This document shows, one piece after another, positions 48,706 through 62,204 of a stretch of 64,000 bases of DNA. Within the stretch, counting starts at the first letter, position 1. Each line of letters starts with the position of its first letter. Source of the DNA: Gekko japonicus (Eukaryota); NCBI RefSeq assembly GCF_001447785.1, contig NW_015172035.1, positions 436,818 to 500,817 on the forward strand, in the 5' to 3' direction. The notes below the pieces were generated by a model, which saw only the letters and a list, made by a program, of their open reading frames with translations, did no database searches and was not told the DNA's origin. The position numbers and the translations under genes are program-made.

Positions 48706-49466
48706 ATTTTTCATTAAACAAGCTGTGGGCAAATACAGCACAGGCACAAACTCCTGTCATGTTCACCCACTTCCTTCCCATCATTATGGTCATCCTTTTT
48801 ATCCTGTGGTCCCTTATGCATTCTGATCTGCCGTATTCTTGGCAAAATTCTCACCATCGTGTGGCAGGCAGAGAGACACATTGAGGACCTGGTGAGGAGC
48901 AGGTAAATGACAAGTTGTGCATGCCTGACAGGAGGTAACCAAATGATATGATTCTTGCAGGTTTGATAGATACACAGAAGAGGGACTTTTGGCAGGTACA
49001 ACTCTCACCCAAGGGCAAGAAGAGCTGCACATGCTTAACTACCCTGTTCTATTGACAGTAAAAGTCCTGGGTCCCAATGAGGTGTTCACAATTTAACTGT
49101 TCACTTGGAGGCAGTGAGAGTTTTAAGACAACTTTCTTATGCCATGGCCAAAAAATCCTTCGTAACTACAAAGTTACAAAGCACTCTTCTGAACTCCTGC
49201 TCCATTGCATCTTACATTTCTACTCTGTTTTATGTCACAGTAACATTGCGTCATCTCCCACCAATTACATAATCTAGTACCAAAATACAGCCAATCGTCT
49301 GCTGAAGCGTGTTTGCATAGCTAATAGCATACTGTGTATGTCTAAGACTTATTTTCCCACATACTTGGAGTCTGATCTACTTATTAGCAGCTGTACCCAG
49401 CCATTTAGAACTGTTCCTGCAGTTTCCTGTTGTTAAGTCAGCTCCTCGGTGACCAAAGTTCATTAC

Positions 49467-49678
49467 ATAAGAACATAAGAGATGCCAGTGTTGGATCAGG
49501 CCAAAGGCCCATCCAGTCCAACACCCTGTATCACACAGTGGCCAGAAATACCAGTGCCATCAGGAGGTCCATCAGTGGGGCCAGGACATTAGAAACCCTC
49601 CCACTGTTGACCCCCCCAAGCACCAAGATGACAGAGCATCACTTGCCCCAGAGTCCCTATCTATACCTTGTGGCTAAC
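49467..49678 (-). mobile_element. CR1-type LINE 3' end
   Basis: cataagaacataag tail; reverse complement of 35246-35490. Confidence 0.75.
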
Positions 49679-50002
49679 TGAGCAGCCTTAAAATGGTGTT
49701 AGGCATTTTTTCCCCTTCACTACCAATAGGGAAGGATAGGGGAGGATCTGAAGGCACATGATGGTGTTTTTTATTAAGCTAAGTTTCTCTGGCCCTAAGC
49801 ACTTCCTGGAGAAAGCTGCTGGGGACCACAAACTTTCATGGGCTTTCTTTAAGCAGAAAGAAAAACTAAAGCTTAATAGGAGATTTCAGTTTGTCAAATT
49901 CAGTCTCTGGCACTTTCGGGTGCATGATATTTGGTGGCACGCAAACAATGCTAACCTAAACAAAGCTGGGGGAAATAGGAAAGTGTCATCAAGCTGCAGC
50001 TG

Positions 50003-50164
50003 CCTTATGGTGATTCTGTGGGGTTTTCAAGGGTGCTTCACCTCTGCATAGCAACCCTGGGCTTCCTAGGTGGTCTCCCATCCAAGTACTTAACCAGGGC
50101 CAACCCTGCTTAGCTTCCGAGATCTAACAAGATTGAGCTAGTCTGGACCATGCGGGTCAGGGCT
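50003..50164 (-). mobile_element. 5S-Sauria-type SINE
   Basis: Minus strand gatctcggaagctaagcagggttggccctggttaagtacttggatgggagacc is a strong 5S match, followed by BovB-like cttgaaaacccc. Confidence 0.8.
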
Positions 50165-50249
50165 AAACAAGGTTATACACTTCTAAACCCACTGATTCCC
50201 TGTCCCCAGACCAGAGAAATACATTCCAATTTCTACTATTCATTAAGAG

Positions 50250-50530
50250 AGAAGAAGAAGAAGAAGAAGAGATTGGATTTATACCCCACCCTTCACTACC
50301 CAAAGGAGTCTCAGAGTGGCTTACAAGCTCCTTTCCCTTCCCCTCCCCACAACAGACACCCTGTGAAGTAGGTGGGGCTGAGAGAGCTCTGACAGAAACT
50401 GCTCTTTTTTCAAGAACAGCTGTGCCAGAACTATGGCTTGTCCATGGTCATCCAGCAGATGCAAGTGGAGAAGTGGGGAATCAAACCTGGTTCTCCCAGA
50501 TTAGAGTCTGCACACTTAACCACTACACAA
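50250..50530 (-). mobile_element. Squam3 SINE
   Basis: Close homolog of 4447-4748. Confidence 0.9.
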
Positions 50531-50649
50531 AATTTCCATTACATTATAATCTACTATTCTAATCTATTATTCCAAATAAGAGGTAAAATAAAATGGCCTT
50601 TCTGGGGGATTGGTGAGAATGCAGCAGTAAGGGCTGAACGAGGTTAGCA

Positions 50650-52280
50650 TATGTACTGAGATAAGAAACCAATATCCCTTTTAAGTCCTTGGGATTCCAT
50701 TCTTCTGGGCGTTGCAGTAACTTGCAACTCAGCAATTTCCCTTTCTAGTCTGTTCCTGAAGTTTCTGTGCAACAAAACAGCTACCTTAAGGTCACCCATT
50801 GAATGTCCTGGAAGGCTGACATGCTCTCCTACAGGTTTCTTAGTCTTGTGATTCTTGGTGTCAAATTTGTGTCCATTTATCCTCTGGCGTAGGGTTTGAC
50901 CTCTTTAATCTATGTAGAGAACCAAAAAGGCATTGTTAACATTTAATGGCATGTACAATGTTAGAAGATGAGCATGTGAATAAGACTGAGATGATGTAGT
51001 TAATGTTGTTAGGTCCAGTGATCGTGTTGTCTGGGTGTATGTTAGCATCTGGGTTCATTGCAAGCTCTGATACCAGTGCCTATGTTCAAATTAGATGTTG
51101 CATTATTGTGGGTGAGGAGTTGTTTGAGATTGGGGGGCTGTCTGTGCATAAGAAAAGGTTTGCCCCCCCCATACTTGTGAAAGAGGACTGTCATCCAGTA
51201 GAGATTTAAGTCACTGATAATGCATTGAACTGTTTTGAGTTGAGAGCTGTATGTGTCAACTGGTGGTGTTCTGTTGTTGTCTCTTTGGGGCTTGTCTTGC
51301 AACAGGTTTTCTCTGGGTACCATTCTGGCTTTTTTAATCTGTTTCTTGACTTCATCAGGTGGATACCTTAGTTCCAAAAAGGTATGTTGTATATCCCTTA
51401 AGTGAGAATCTCTGTCTGCAGGATTGGAGCAGGTGTAGTTGTAGTGTACAACCTGGCTGTATATGATAGATCATTTTGTATGCTTAGAATGGTAGCTGGA
51501 GGCATGTAGATATGTTTGTCAGTTAGTAGGTTTCTGATATGAGGTGGTATTTATGCGCCCATTGTGTATTTTTACAGTAGTGTCCAGAAAATGTATTTCT
51601 TGCATAAATTGGTTCATTGTCAGGTTGATGGTGGGGTGAAAGTCGTTGAATGCCTGGTGGAATATGTCCAGAGCTTCTTTGCCATGTGTCCACACAATAA
51701 AATGTCATTAATATATTGCAGGTATAAGAGAGGTATGAGTGGGTGGGAGTTTAGGAAGCATTGCTCCAAGTCATCCCTAGAGAAGTTAGCATAGTGTGGG
51801 GCCATGTGGGTGCCCATGGCTGCACCATTGATCTGAAGGAACAAGTTATCAGCAGATCGGAAGTGGTTATGGGTGAGAACAAAATGGCACAGTTTGGTGG
51901 CAAAGTCAGCTGTGGTGTTGTCAGAAATCATATTCCTTATGGCTTGTAATCCATCTTTGTGTGGGGTATTGGTATACAAAGATTCCACATCCATGGTGGT
52001 TAAAATAGTATTCTCTGGAAGGTTGTTCGAAGATTTATTTTCATCAGAAAGTCTGTGGTGTTCCAAACATAACTAGGAATGTTGGTGGCATAGGGTCTTA
52101 GAACAGAGGTCATATATCCAGATACCCCCATGGTGATAGTGCCTATGTCTGAGACAATGGGGGCATCCTGGGTTTCTGGGTTTGTATATTTTGGGTAGAA
52201 GATAAAAGATACCTGGTTGATGTTCCTGTGGTGTGTCTGAAAGGATTTGGTCCTGAATGTGCAGGGGTAATTCCTTTCAC
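50650..52280 (-). mobile_element. Degenerate Penelope-like element (RT plus GIY-YIG)
   Basis: TMDVESLYTNTPH, QINGAAMGTHMAPHYAN, LQYINDI (ORF 51620-52066); YPPDEVKKQI..RACNEPRC (51042-51377); nuclease region ~50760-50990. Confidence 0.9.
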
Positions 52281-52308
52281 AAACACTCTTTGGTTCCTCA
52301 TCTTCTTG

Positions 52309-52460
52309 GAGAGGAGTGACAAGTGGAATGCCTCAAGGATCTGTCCTGGGACCTGTTTTGCTCAACATCTTTATCAATGATTTGGATGACGGGGTAGAGG
52401 GAATGCTTATTAAATTTGCAGATGATACTAAATTGGGAGGGGTAGCAAATATGGTAGAGT
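52309..52460 (+). mobile_element. CR1 RT fragment
   Basis: [44 protein letters not shown]. Confidence 0.9.
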
Positions 52461-53401
52461 CTTCAGAAGAAGACATACTTTGCATATGTATGTTAGATAA
52501 CTCAGTGTTCACCAGCAGGAGGGTTGAGTGTTTGACATGGGGGGGGGCATCTGATATCAGTGATGTTGCTGACGTGACTACATCACTTTCAAGTATAACT
52601 CAGGAGTGACAATGGATAGTTCTAGGAATTACTGAAAAATCCTAGAGCTAACCATTTTAACTTCCTGGAAGTGACATACCGGCACAGAGGCTGGCAGCTT
52701 TTCCCCCTCCCTACTTTTCTTTTTCTACTTTTTTTTTACTTTTTAAAACTTTTCTCTCACTGCCTTTTGGAGCAGCAGTGGACAACAGCAGCAATTGGCG
52801 GGAGGCCTCCCTGTATAGTGAGGGACCCAGCAACCTTAAATGTTCATCAGGTCTTGATAATATAGACTTCTGCATGGCTGTCTCGCTTCCCCATACATTA
52901 ATGTCAGCAGTGCTGTTAGATGCTTCTGTTTGCTGAATGCACTCTGCAGAGCAAAAAATTCAGATTATAAAATCTGTTCTGCAGCAATTAGAAGGCAATA
53001 ATGCTTAACTCTGCACCAGGAAAAGCTTCATCTGACTGTTTCTGCTGCACACCAAGCCTTTGCTAAAGGGTTATCAGCAGAGCAAGCCAATTTTTTTTTT
53101 TTTAACTTGATGGCAACTTAAGTTCAAAAGTACGCTCATGACAGGTGATGAGGAAGCTGGGCCAGCATCCCACATAAATCACTTACACCTCCGAACATGC
53201 TCCAGAATCCTTTGCAGAGAACAGGGATTCTGAGCCAAGGGTTCCCTTACACACTAGATATAAGATTGCCAACTCCAGCTTGGGAAATTCATGGAGATTT
53301 GAGGGCAGAGCCTGGGGAGAGTGGAGTTTGGGGAGAGGAGGAAGCTCAGTATGGACGTGATGCCATAAAATCTGCCCTCTGAAGCTGCTGCTTTCTCCAG
53401 C

Positions 53402-55471
53402 TGCCAGATGTTTCCAAACACACTTGGAAGGATGGCATCCTCTGCCATATTTGGGACTGGGTGGGGAGGGGCTGGCCCACAGGGCATGTGGGCCCGGATT
53501 TCGCAGCATTCTCTTCCTGCTGGGAGGAACTGTCCACCCACAAAGGCTACATCTTGTGGGGCAGCCAGGTAGTCATCTCTAGCCCCCTGCGTGGATGCAT
53601 ACTTGCAGCGCTGTACAAAACCCACCCGGGAATCATGCAAATTAAAGCCTTGGCACGCAGCTACGTATGGTGTATGGGCATGGACGAGGAGATAGAGGAC
53701 CTGGTCAAACACTGCCAAACATGCCAGGAAACCCAAACGGCCCCTCCCAGGGCTCCAGTGCAACAGTGGGAATCCATGCACAAGCCATGGGACCGTCTCC
53801 ACCTGGACTTTGTGGGCCCGTTCCAGGGACAGACTTCCTTTATTCTGGTGGATTCCTATTCTAAGTGGCTAGCGGTGGTCCCTGTCTCCTCTATGTCATC
53901 TAGAGCCGCGATCAAAGCCATGTGGAAGATCTTCAGCACCCATGGCATCCCTGACACCCTGCTGTCAGACAATGGAACTGCATGTACATCAGTGGAATTC
54001 CTGAAGTTTGTGCAGTATTATGGGATTAGACTTGTCTGCTCCGCTCCTTTCCACCCAGCAACCAATGGACAGGTGGAGCAGATGGTACGAACTACCAAGG
54101 AAGCACTGCGCCAGATTGTCCAGGGGGACTGGGACTACTGGCTAGCTGCCTTCTTGTTCAGCCAACAGACAACCCTGTACACCACCACAGGACGCTGCCT
54201 TGCTGAACTATTAATGGGCTGGTGACTGACGACCAGGATGGACCGGCTTCACGCGGACCAGGCACCCGACCACAACCCACACCCGGTAAACCAGGAGGCA
54301 CCCTGGGGGTTATATCTGGAAGATCCAATGCATGCCCGAAACTACGCCCAGGGCAAACCCTGGATCCCTGCCCAAGTGGTTAGAGTAATGGGACCACTCT
54401 CATACAAGGTCTCGACGGAAGAGAGCCAGCTCATCCGGAGGCACATAGATCAACTGTGCTGGCGTTTGCTGTCCATTGACGACCGAGATGTATGAGACAC
54501 CGAGGACAGCAAGGAAGAGCCAGACCTGGAAGAACCCGTGCTGAGGCCAGTAGAGCCTGACACCACTCCAGCACCTGCTCCAAGTTCTGCTCCAGGGCTC
54601 AGCACCGGTCTGGCCCAAGAACTCAGGACCACACCAACCGCCGCCTCCGAGCTACCACACCCTGGGCCAACCGCACCGACCTCACCTCATTGGAACCACG
54701 CCACTCCACGAGAGTGTCAGCATATTGGAAGTGCCAATAATAACACAATCCAGAGTTGGCTAGTGCTGAACTATTTACAGTGATTTATTTACAGCAACTA
54801 TATACATACAGTCCTTTAGCACTTGTAGCACCCAATTCACCAGGCTTACTGACAAAGTGCTTCGCATAGCATTCAATCCACAAGAGTGAACAATAGCATA
54901 CAGACTGTACTCCATATATACATCTGAGCACCAATCAGAACGAAGTGCTGACTCATGGTGACAGTAGTCAGGATGATACAATCTTAAGACCTGGTGACAT
55001 GTCACATGACACACTAACTATCACCTCAGATCAAGATGATCTAATAGACTACTTCTTACTTGGCTGTCATCTTGCCTGTCATACCTTATAGTATGCCGTC
55101 AGAGAGAACGGTGGTGCCCTGAGTACTTGCGGGACTTTGTATGCTAGTACTTCGGAACTAAGGGGGGAGGGGTGTTATGTATTAAGATGGCTGCGACTGC
55201 ATGCGCTCGGCCATGCAGTCTACCAGACTCATGGACCTTCGGGTCTAGAACAATAGCCCCCGCGGATCCTTGTGAGAACCAATGGGAGTGCTAGGATCCT
55301 GAAGAGAACCTATCATTACCGGGGCCATGTATATAGAACATATCACGGGAATTGGGTTTGTGTTGGGTGTGAGTGTGTGCACCAATATAAGCCAGCCTCG
55401 CACTGGCTAAGTTGTTTTTTGTTGTTCCGATGTAATTAATTATGCTACGCCTGGAACTCCACTACTTTTCA
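53402..55471 (+). mobile_element. Gypsy B, inverted 3' half (integrase, PPT, 3' LTR 55173-55471)
   Basis: ORF 53461-54225 with HHCC remnant, PWDRLHLDFVGP, SDNG, PFHPATNGQVE; PPT aaggggggagggg 55160-55172; LTR tgtt..ttca followed by gtctt. Confidence 0.92.
54715..55101 (-). mobile_element. Solo LTR inserted into the Gypsy B pol C-terminus
   Basis: tgtca...gtca termini; exact 5 bp TSD gagag at 54710-54714 and 55102-55106; aataaa on minus. Confidence 0.8.
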
Positions 55472-55845
55472 GTCTTCCAGAAGACCAACAATGGAAGGAG
55501 GCAGAGTTGATGGGTTCTCGTGGGACAAGGAATTTCAAAATGTGGGAACTGCAGCTGGAAAAAAGCCAGCACCCAAGACCAGCAATCAGAGAAGAGCAGT
55601 GCCTGTTAATTTTAGCATATGGGCAGTGCCCTGGTCCATGGCCAGTTAGGGCTTCCGTATATCAGGGATATACTACAATCACAATTTGTTACTTCTTGCT
55701 CCCAGGAAGTCAGGGGTGCAACCCAATGCCAGCCCCATTTTAAAGGGCATTAAGCACAGAATGTTGGCATTAATAAGTCTTAAGATCATGGCCTGAGGTC
55801 TGTTCTTCCCCACACACACTTTTATTTTTTTAAAAAAAACGACCC

Positions 55846-55940
55846 ATCCTGATGAAAAGTTCAGAAGAACAGAAAAGCTTGCACACAACATTGTGTCATT
55901 TGGGTTGTTCCTAATAAAAAGGGATTGTGTTGATTGTGGT
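55846..55940 (+). mobile_element. Penelope-like terminal repeat fragment
   Basis: cctgatga-aaagttc..gaac-agaaaagctt, then aataaa; decayed hammerhead-like layout. Confidence 0.45.
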
Positions 55941-57344
55941 CTAAGAGACTGAGTAAGATCGAACCCATTCTACGGAGTCCCAGGCTTAACCTCCACAGTG
56001 TTGCTGGATCCACTCAGGTCAATATAAATCACATCTGAAAGCCCCGGATAAAGTCACTTTGCCGACAACTTTGTGCTAATCACTTTATCGCCATAGAGCT
56101 CTGCTCTTCATTCCAAATGGGAAATTAGATTTACCCTTTTGAAGTTTATTAATATCTTTAATCAAAGTCGGTTGGAGTTGTTATAAAGAGACAAATGTTT
56201 TCATTATTGCCAAGGCTAAATTAAACTAAAACGGTTGTGCTGCCTTGGAGAGAACAACTTCCTGTCTCACGCCAGGCACAATATTGTAGGGTGTCAGCAT
56301 GGGATTTTAATGCAGGATTGGTTTACTGTGAAAGTGGAATGATCTGAGCAAATGAACAAAAAAAGAGATCTTTGTTCCTTGCCAGGAAATATTACATTTA
56401 TAGCAGAAGAACTGAACATGATAATGCTATGCAAATTGTGAGCTCCTGTATTGTTAAGAACTCTGCAGGGGAGGGGGATTTCCTGAGCCAGTTCATGGCA
56501 TTTTATTAAACCATGAAAGATAACCCATCATCTTCCCCTGTGTCACCCTTAGCTAGGTCCAAATTGAGCCCCTATGATGCATCAATGTCATTTTCATTGC
56601 CCCACACCAAATTGCATGGGTGGCTTGACTAGAGAACTGACCCTAGGTTTTTTTCTTCTTCTCACCTTTGCAGGGCAAGCCACCAACCATCCCTCTTGTA
56701 AATTTTTAAAGGTAGACGAGCCACATCCCCTGTTGCATCTGTTCACTTTAAACACTTTTAGTCATACCAACTTTGGCATGCTAGGAATAGATGACCTTTC
56801 AACATTTAACAGACGTGCAGGCAAGGAAATTTTGGCAGGCTTGGCTTTGTAAACCCCTACAGCACTATGACATGACAAGGTGAAATTCCCTCTTTTGCGG
56901 AGCTATTAAAGGCCAGGTGCTCTAATAATGGCAGGCTGACATCTTTGCTTGATATGGAATATGTTTTAAGATGAAGTTGAAACACCTCTACTGTTAAATC
57001 CAGACACTTTATTTCAACATATTTTTTTTAAAGTCGGTAGATTTCAAACTTTTATTTCGCCAGGTGAACAGTTCAACTTATCTATTACATTTTATCGTGT
57101 TATTAAGGACTGATTTTACAATTGACATTACAGCAATGGTATGGCACAATTTCTGGGCCAAACCCAGAAGTGATGTCATACTGCTTTATGGTAACCACAG
57201 AGTTTTCATTGAATCCTAGAGTGGCATGAGATCACTTTCAGGTTCAGGACAGAAAAGGTGTTAAAATGGTGCCACAATGACATCCTCCATGTGCCTGTTT
57301 CCCAAACAAACGTAGGTTACCATTGGCTGGCAACCCTACTGTGA

Positions 57345-57648
57345 AAAAGAAGAAGACGGCGAAGAGGAGGGGGGATTGGATTTATACCCCACCCTTCACT
57401 ACCTGAATGAGTCTCAGAGTGGTTTACAATGCCTTTCCCTTCCCCTCCCCACAACAGACACCCTGTGACTGTGAGGTAGGTAGGGCTGAGAGCTCTCTCT
57501 CAAGAACTGTCCTTGAGAGAACAGCTCTGAAAGAACTTATGACTGACCCAAGGTCACACAAGCAGCTGCATCTGGAAGAGTGGGGAATCAAACTTGGTTC
57601 TCCCAGATTAGAGTCCACAGTCTTAACCACTACACCGAACTGGCTCTC
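57345..57648 (-). mobile_element. Squam3 SINE
   Basis: Homolog of 13744-14015 in reverse. Confidence 0.9.
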
Positions 57649-57954
57649 AGAGAAAGAATGATTGTTCAAAGGTCACCTACAGAGCAATCCTATCTATTCA
57701 AAAGCCTACTCAGATCTGTTCAATAGGGCTTATTTTCAGGAATGTGTTCATAGGATTTCACTACCATTGCAGTGTTGGGTCTCCCAGTCCCATTCCAACC
57801 ACTACATCATACTGGTTCAAAAAACAAAAATAAGGTATTTTGCTGCCTACATAAAAACTAGTCATTTGTTTACAAAAAAACACCTGTCTGGAACACGAAA
57901 GCATGAACAAATTACAGAGCATTTGTTTATTTCCATTTTAGGCATATGGGGGCC

Positions 57955-60900
57955 TAATACTGCACAAACTTCAGGAATTCCACTGATGTAAATGCAGTTC
58001 CATTTTCTGATACCAAGATGTCAGGGATGCCATGGGTGCTGAAGATCTTCCACATGGCTTTGATCGCGGCTCTAGATGACATAGAGGAGACAGGGATCAC
58101 CTCTAGCCACTTAGAGTAGGAATCCACCAGAATAAAGGAAATCTGTCCCTGGAATGGGCCCGCAAAGTCCAGGTGGAGACGGTCCCATGGCTTGTGCATG
58201 GATTCCCACTGTTGCACTGGAGCCCTGGGAGGGGCCGCCTGGGTTTCCTGACATGTTTGGCAGTGTTTGACCAGGTCTTCTATCTCCTCGTAGCTGTGTG
58301 CCAAGGCTTTCATACGCATGATTCTCGGGTGGGTTTTGTACAGCGCGGCAAGTATGTGTCCATGCAGGGGGCTAGAGATGACTACCTGGCTGCCCCACAA
58401 GATGTAGCCTTTGTGGGTGGACAAAGGCTACACCTCCCGGCAGGAAGAGAATGCTGCAAACTCTGGGCCCACATGTCCTGTGGGCCAGCCCATCCCCACC
58501 CAGTCCCAAACATGGCAGAGGATGCCATCCTTTCCGGTGTGTTTGGAAATGTCCGGCACCTGTACCGGCCAGTTGGGCAGGTATTCCAGCAGTAGGATCC
58601 GGTGTGCAGGGGCCGGGTCACAGATGGGCAGCGGAAGGCAGCTGAGGGCATTGGCATGTCCCATCCCCTTGCTCGGCCAGTGCAGCAGGGTGTACTGGTA
58701 GCTGGCGAGAAAGATAGACCACTGCAGCACCCTGGGAGACAATATCTGGGACATCTGGTGGTCTGGGGCCAGGACGCCTATCAGCGGTTTGTGATCCATG
58801 AGGACCGTGAAGGGGCAGCCATACAGGTAGTCGTGGAACTTGCGCACCCCTGCCACAATCGCCAGGGCTTCCTTGTCTATCTGAGCGTAGTTTCACTCCA
58901 CTACCGACAAGGTGCATGAGTAATACGTTACCGGGACCTCACAGTCACCAGCCAGTCTGTGACCCAGGACCGCCCCCACCCCATAGGGCAAGGCATCGCA
59001 GGTGAGCACCATGGAAAGGGACTCATCAAAATGGGCCAGGACAGCATTGGAAGTCAGTAAGTCTTTCATGGCCCGGAACACCACGGCCTGAGGTTTCCCC
59101 CAGTTCCACTGTGCATGTTTGTCCAAGAGATAGTGTAGGGGCTCGGCCACAGCTGCTTTGTGGGGGAGGAACGAGTGGTAGAAGTTGAGCAGGCTGAGGA
59201 AAGACTGTAGCTCTGGTTTTGAGGAGGGTGTAGGTGCATTGATGATGGCCGCTATTTTGTCCGGTGTGGGGTGGATTCCACGGGCGTCAACTTGGAATCC
59301 CAGGAACTTGATGCTGGGGACCCCAAAGAGACACTTTTCCCTCTTTACTTTAAGGCCGGCTACATTGAAGCACTGTAGGATGGCTCTAAGACAGTCGAAG
59401 AAGGCTTCGGGAGATGGTGCCGCAATCAACATGTCATTGAAGAAGGGTTGTACTCCAGGGATTCCTTTCAGCAAACAGTCTATTAAATTCTGGAAAATCC
59501 CCGGAGCTACACTAACCCCAAACTGCAGACGTTTGACCTTAAATGCTCCCTGGTGTGTTACGATTGTCTGGGCGTATGCTGTGGCATCATCTACTGACAG
59601 CTGCTGGTAGGCTTATGCCAAGTCCAGTTTGCCAAATATTTTAGCCCCAGCCAGGGATTCTAGGACATTGCTCACCACTGGAATGGGATATGTGTGATCT
59701 TGGAGGGCCTTATTGATAGTGTATTTGTAGTCTGCACAGATACTGACGTCCCTATTGGGTTTGACTGGGGTTACGAGAGGGGTCTCCCATTTTACATGGG
59801 GCACTGGCTCCAGTACTCCCTGGCTGATTAGACGGTTGAGTTCTGCCTTGATCTTGGGCCGGAGTGCAAACGGGGACCACCAGGCTTTCAGGCATAGGGG
59901 ATGCACAGCCGGATCAAGGTCTAGGGTGACTGGTGGCTCCGTATAGTGGCCAAGTGATCTGTCAAATACAGCTGGGAACTCATCGCACATGTTACTAAAG
60001 TTGCCCGATGATATATTTTGTATTCTGGTGATGGCAAGGCCCAATGCATCAAACCAGGCTAATCCCAGTAAGCTAGTGAGGCGGTCCTTAACTATGACCA
60101 GTTCCAAGGGCCCTTTGAAGTCTTTGTATTTTACACAGAACTGGCCCACCCCTTTAATGGTGACCAGGTTCTTTTGGAAGTCCTTTAGTGTGAGCCCAGT
60201 GTCTTCCAGTGGGGGTCCCCCCTTAGGGCAAAGCATGCAAAGGGTTTCCTCCGAGATTATCGAGAGGGAGGACCCAGTGTCCAGTTCCATCATGCATGGG
60301 GATCCCTCTATTAAGACAGTCACTTTAATCTTATTGGGGGACCCCCGGTGCAAGAAATGTACCTGGTTTCTATGTACCGAGGTGTTGTGGAGTTCCACTG
60401 TTTCTTGATGGGTGGTGCCATGGCGTTGTTGTCTCTTGGAGCAGCAGGCCTGGGCAATGTGGTCCTGTTTTCCTCAGGCACGGCAGTCAGCATCCCGAAA
60501 ATGGCAGGATCTCCTTTCATGTATCTTCCCACAGCTTGCGCAGGTCGCTGGGGTGCTGGAGGACGCCGCAGACAGTGATGGGCGAGATTCACGGTGAGGG
60601 GCCCGACGGACCTGGAGCACCTCATCTTTATCCAAGGAGGCAGGGGTACCTCCTGGCGATACCTGGTGGGTCATGGACGATGGTGGACAATCCCGATGTG
60701 ACCTCTCGAATGTGTTGGCGGTCTGGAGCACTGTCTTGAGTTTCAGGTCGCTAGTGCCCAGGAGCTTTTGGCGCAGCTTGGGATTGTGGATTCCCCAGAC
60801 AAACTGTGTGGGGATTATCTCTTCGACCCCCGGCAGCTCGCAGTCTATGGCGAGCTGGCGTAGCTCAGCCATGTAGATGGTGGGCCCTTCACCTCCTTTT

Positions 60901-61674
60901 TGTGTTCGCACACATAAATCCATTTGTCTCGCCATTTATGTGGGCTTTGGGGTGAAGTACTCGTTCAGGACCTTGAGGAGGTTCTCATATGTTGTTTCTT
61001 CCAATTTGGCCAGTGCTATGAGGCACTTGGCTAGCCGGATGGTGGCTACCCCACACGAGCTTATGAGCAGGGCCCGTTTCTTACCGGCATCGGTGATGTC
61101 GTGAAATGTGAGGTAGTTCATCAGCTGGTCTACCCATGCTTCCCAGAACTCTGGATGCATGTAGTCAAACACCGTGATGATTCCCGGAGCTGCAGCCATG
61201 ACTCGAGGGTGGTGTGGGGAGCAATGATCGGAGGAATGGGGCGCAGTGCGGTGCTGCTGGGGACTGATGTGAGGCATGGTGTCTTATTGATCGGTGCTCG
61301 GTGCCAGTCCTGGGTTGGAGTCAGGCTTGCTCATCAGGATCCCATCCTCGTCGCCAGTGAAAAGTAGTGGAGTGCCAGGCGTAGCATAGTGAAATCAACT
61401 CTCATTTATTAATTACATTGGAATGATAAAAAACAACTTAGCCGGTGCGAGGCCGGCTTATATTGGTGCACACACTCACACCCAACACACCCCCAATTCC
61501 CATGATAGGTTCTATATACATGGCCCCGGTAACGATAGGTTCTCTTCAGGATCCTAGCACTCCCATTGGTTCTCGCAAGGATCTGTGGGGGCTATTGTTC
61601 AGACCCTAAGGTCCATGAGTCTGGTAGACTGCATGGCCGGCCGCACGTGGTCGCAGCCATCTTAATACATAACA
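57955..61674 (-). mobile_element. Gypsy B, 5' part (5' LTR 61358-61674, PBS, gag, PR, RT, RH, partial IN)
   Basis: 18 nt PBS exactly complementary to tRNA-Ser(GCT) 3' end at 61339-61356; gag WEAWVDQLMNYL; protease MELDTGSSLSII; RT KLDLA, FFNDMLI; RH LTCDALPYGVGAVL; flank aagac is the reverse complement of gtctt. Confidence 0.93.
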
Positions 61675-61901
61675 AAGACAGTGAGAAACAGTTGTTTTCA
61701 AGAGTTCCTTGGGGTGGGGTGAACCCAGTTCTAATCATTTTAGTGCCACCCTCTTGGGTTTGTTTCTCCTTTTGCTGCAGTTTTGGGTTTTATGAAATTG
61801 TTAAAACAATGACTGAACTAGTAGTTCTTTTATTAGCTTTGTTTTTACTGCTGTTTATGAGAATTTCAAATGGGGTGAAATTCACTAATTTTAGGATGCA
61901 C

Positions 61902-61952
61902 AGGGTTGGACTAGATGACACTGGAGGTCCCTTCTAATTCTAGGATTCTATT
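61902..61952 (+). mobile_element. CR1 3' terminus fragment
   Basis: gggttggactagatgac..ggtcccttc..attctaggattctatt. Confidence 0.7.
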
Positions 61953-62204
61953 ATTTTAATTGTTTGAAACTGATTTTAATGTTGAGCTTTTATTAATTTT
62001 GTCAATTTTTATATAATGTTGTACTTTCATTAACTTTTATAAGCCACCCAGGAAAACTCAGTAGAAGGGTTGGGTGTATCTATACTGAATCAATAAGCCA
62101 TATTTAAAAAATAGACATGGATGGCTGACTCATTCATTTACTCAGGTATCAAAACTGATAAAGAGTATTTCTACAACCGACACAAAACTAGAGTTACTAT
62201 TTGT

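Noticed and set aside
50060-50164. 5S rRNA gene
   Set aside because: Diverged and fused to a BovB-like tail; it is a SINE head, as at 15338 and 35578.
53461-54225. Domesticated integrase gene
   Set aside because: GTG start, first HHCC His changed to Tyr, premature stop at 54225, and it sits in a decayed element with PPT and LTR.
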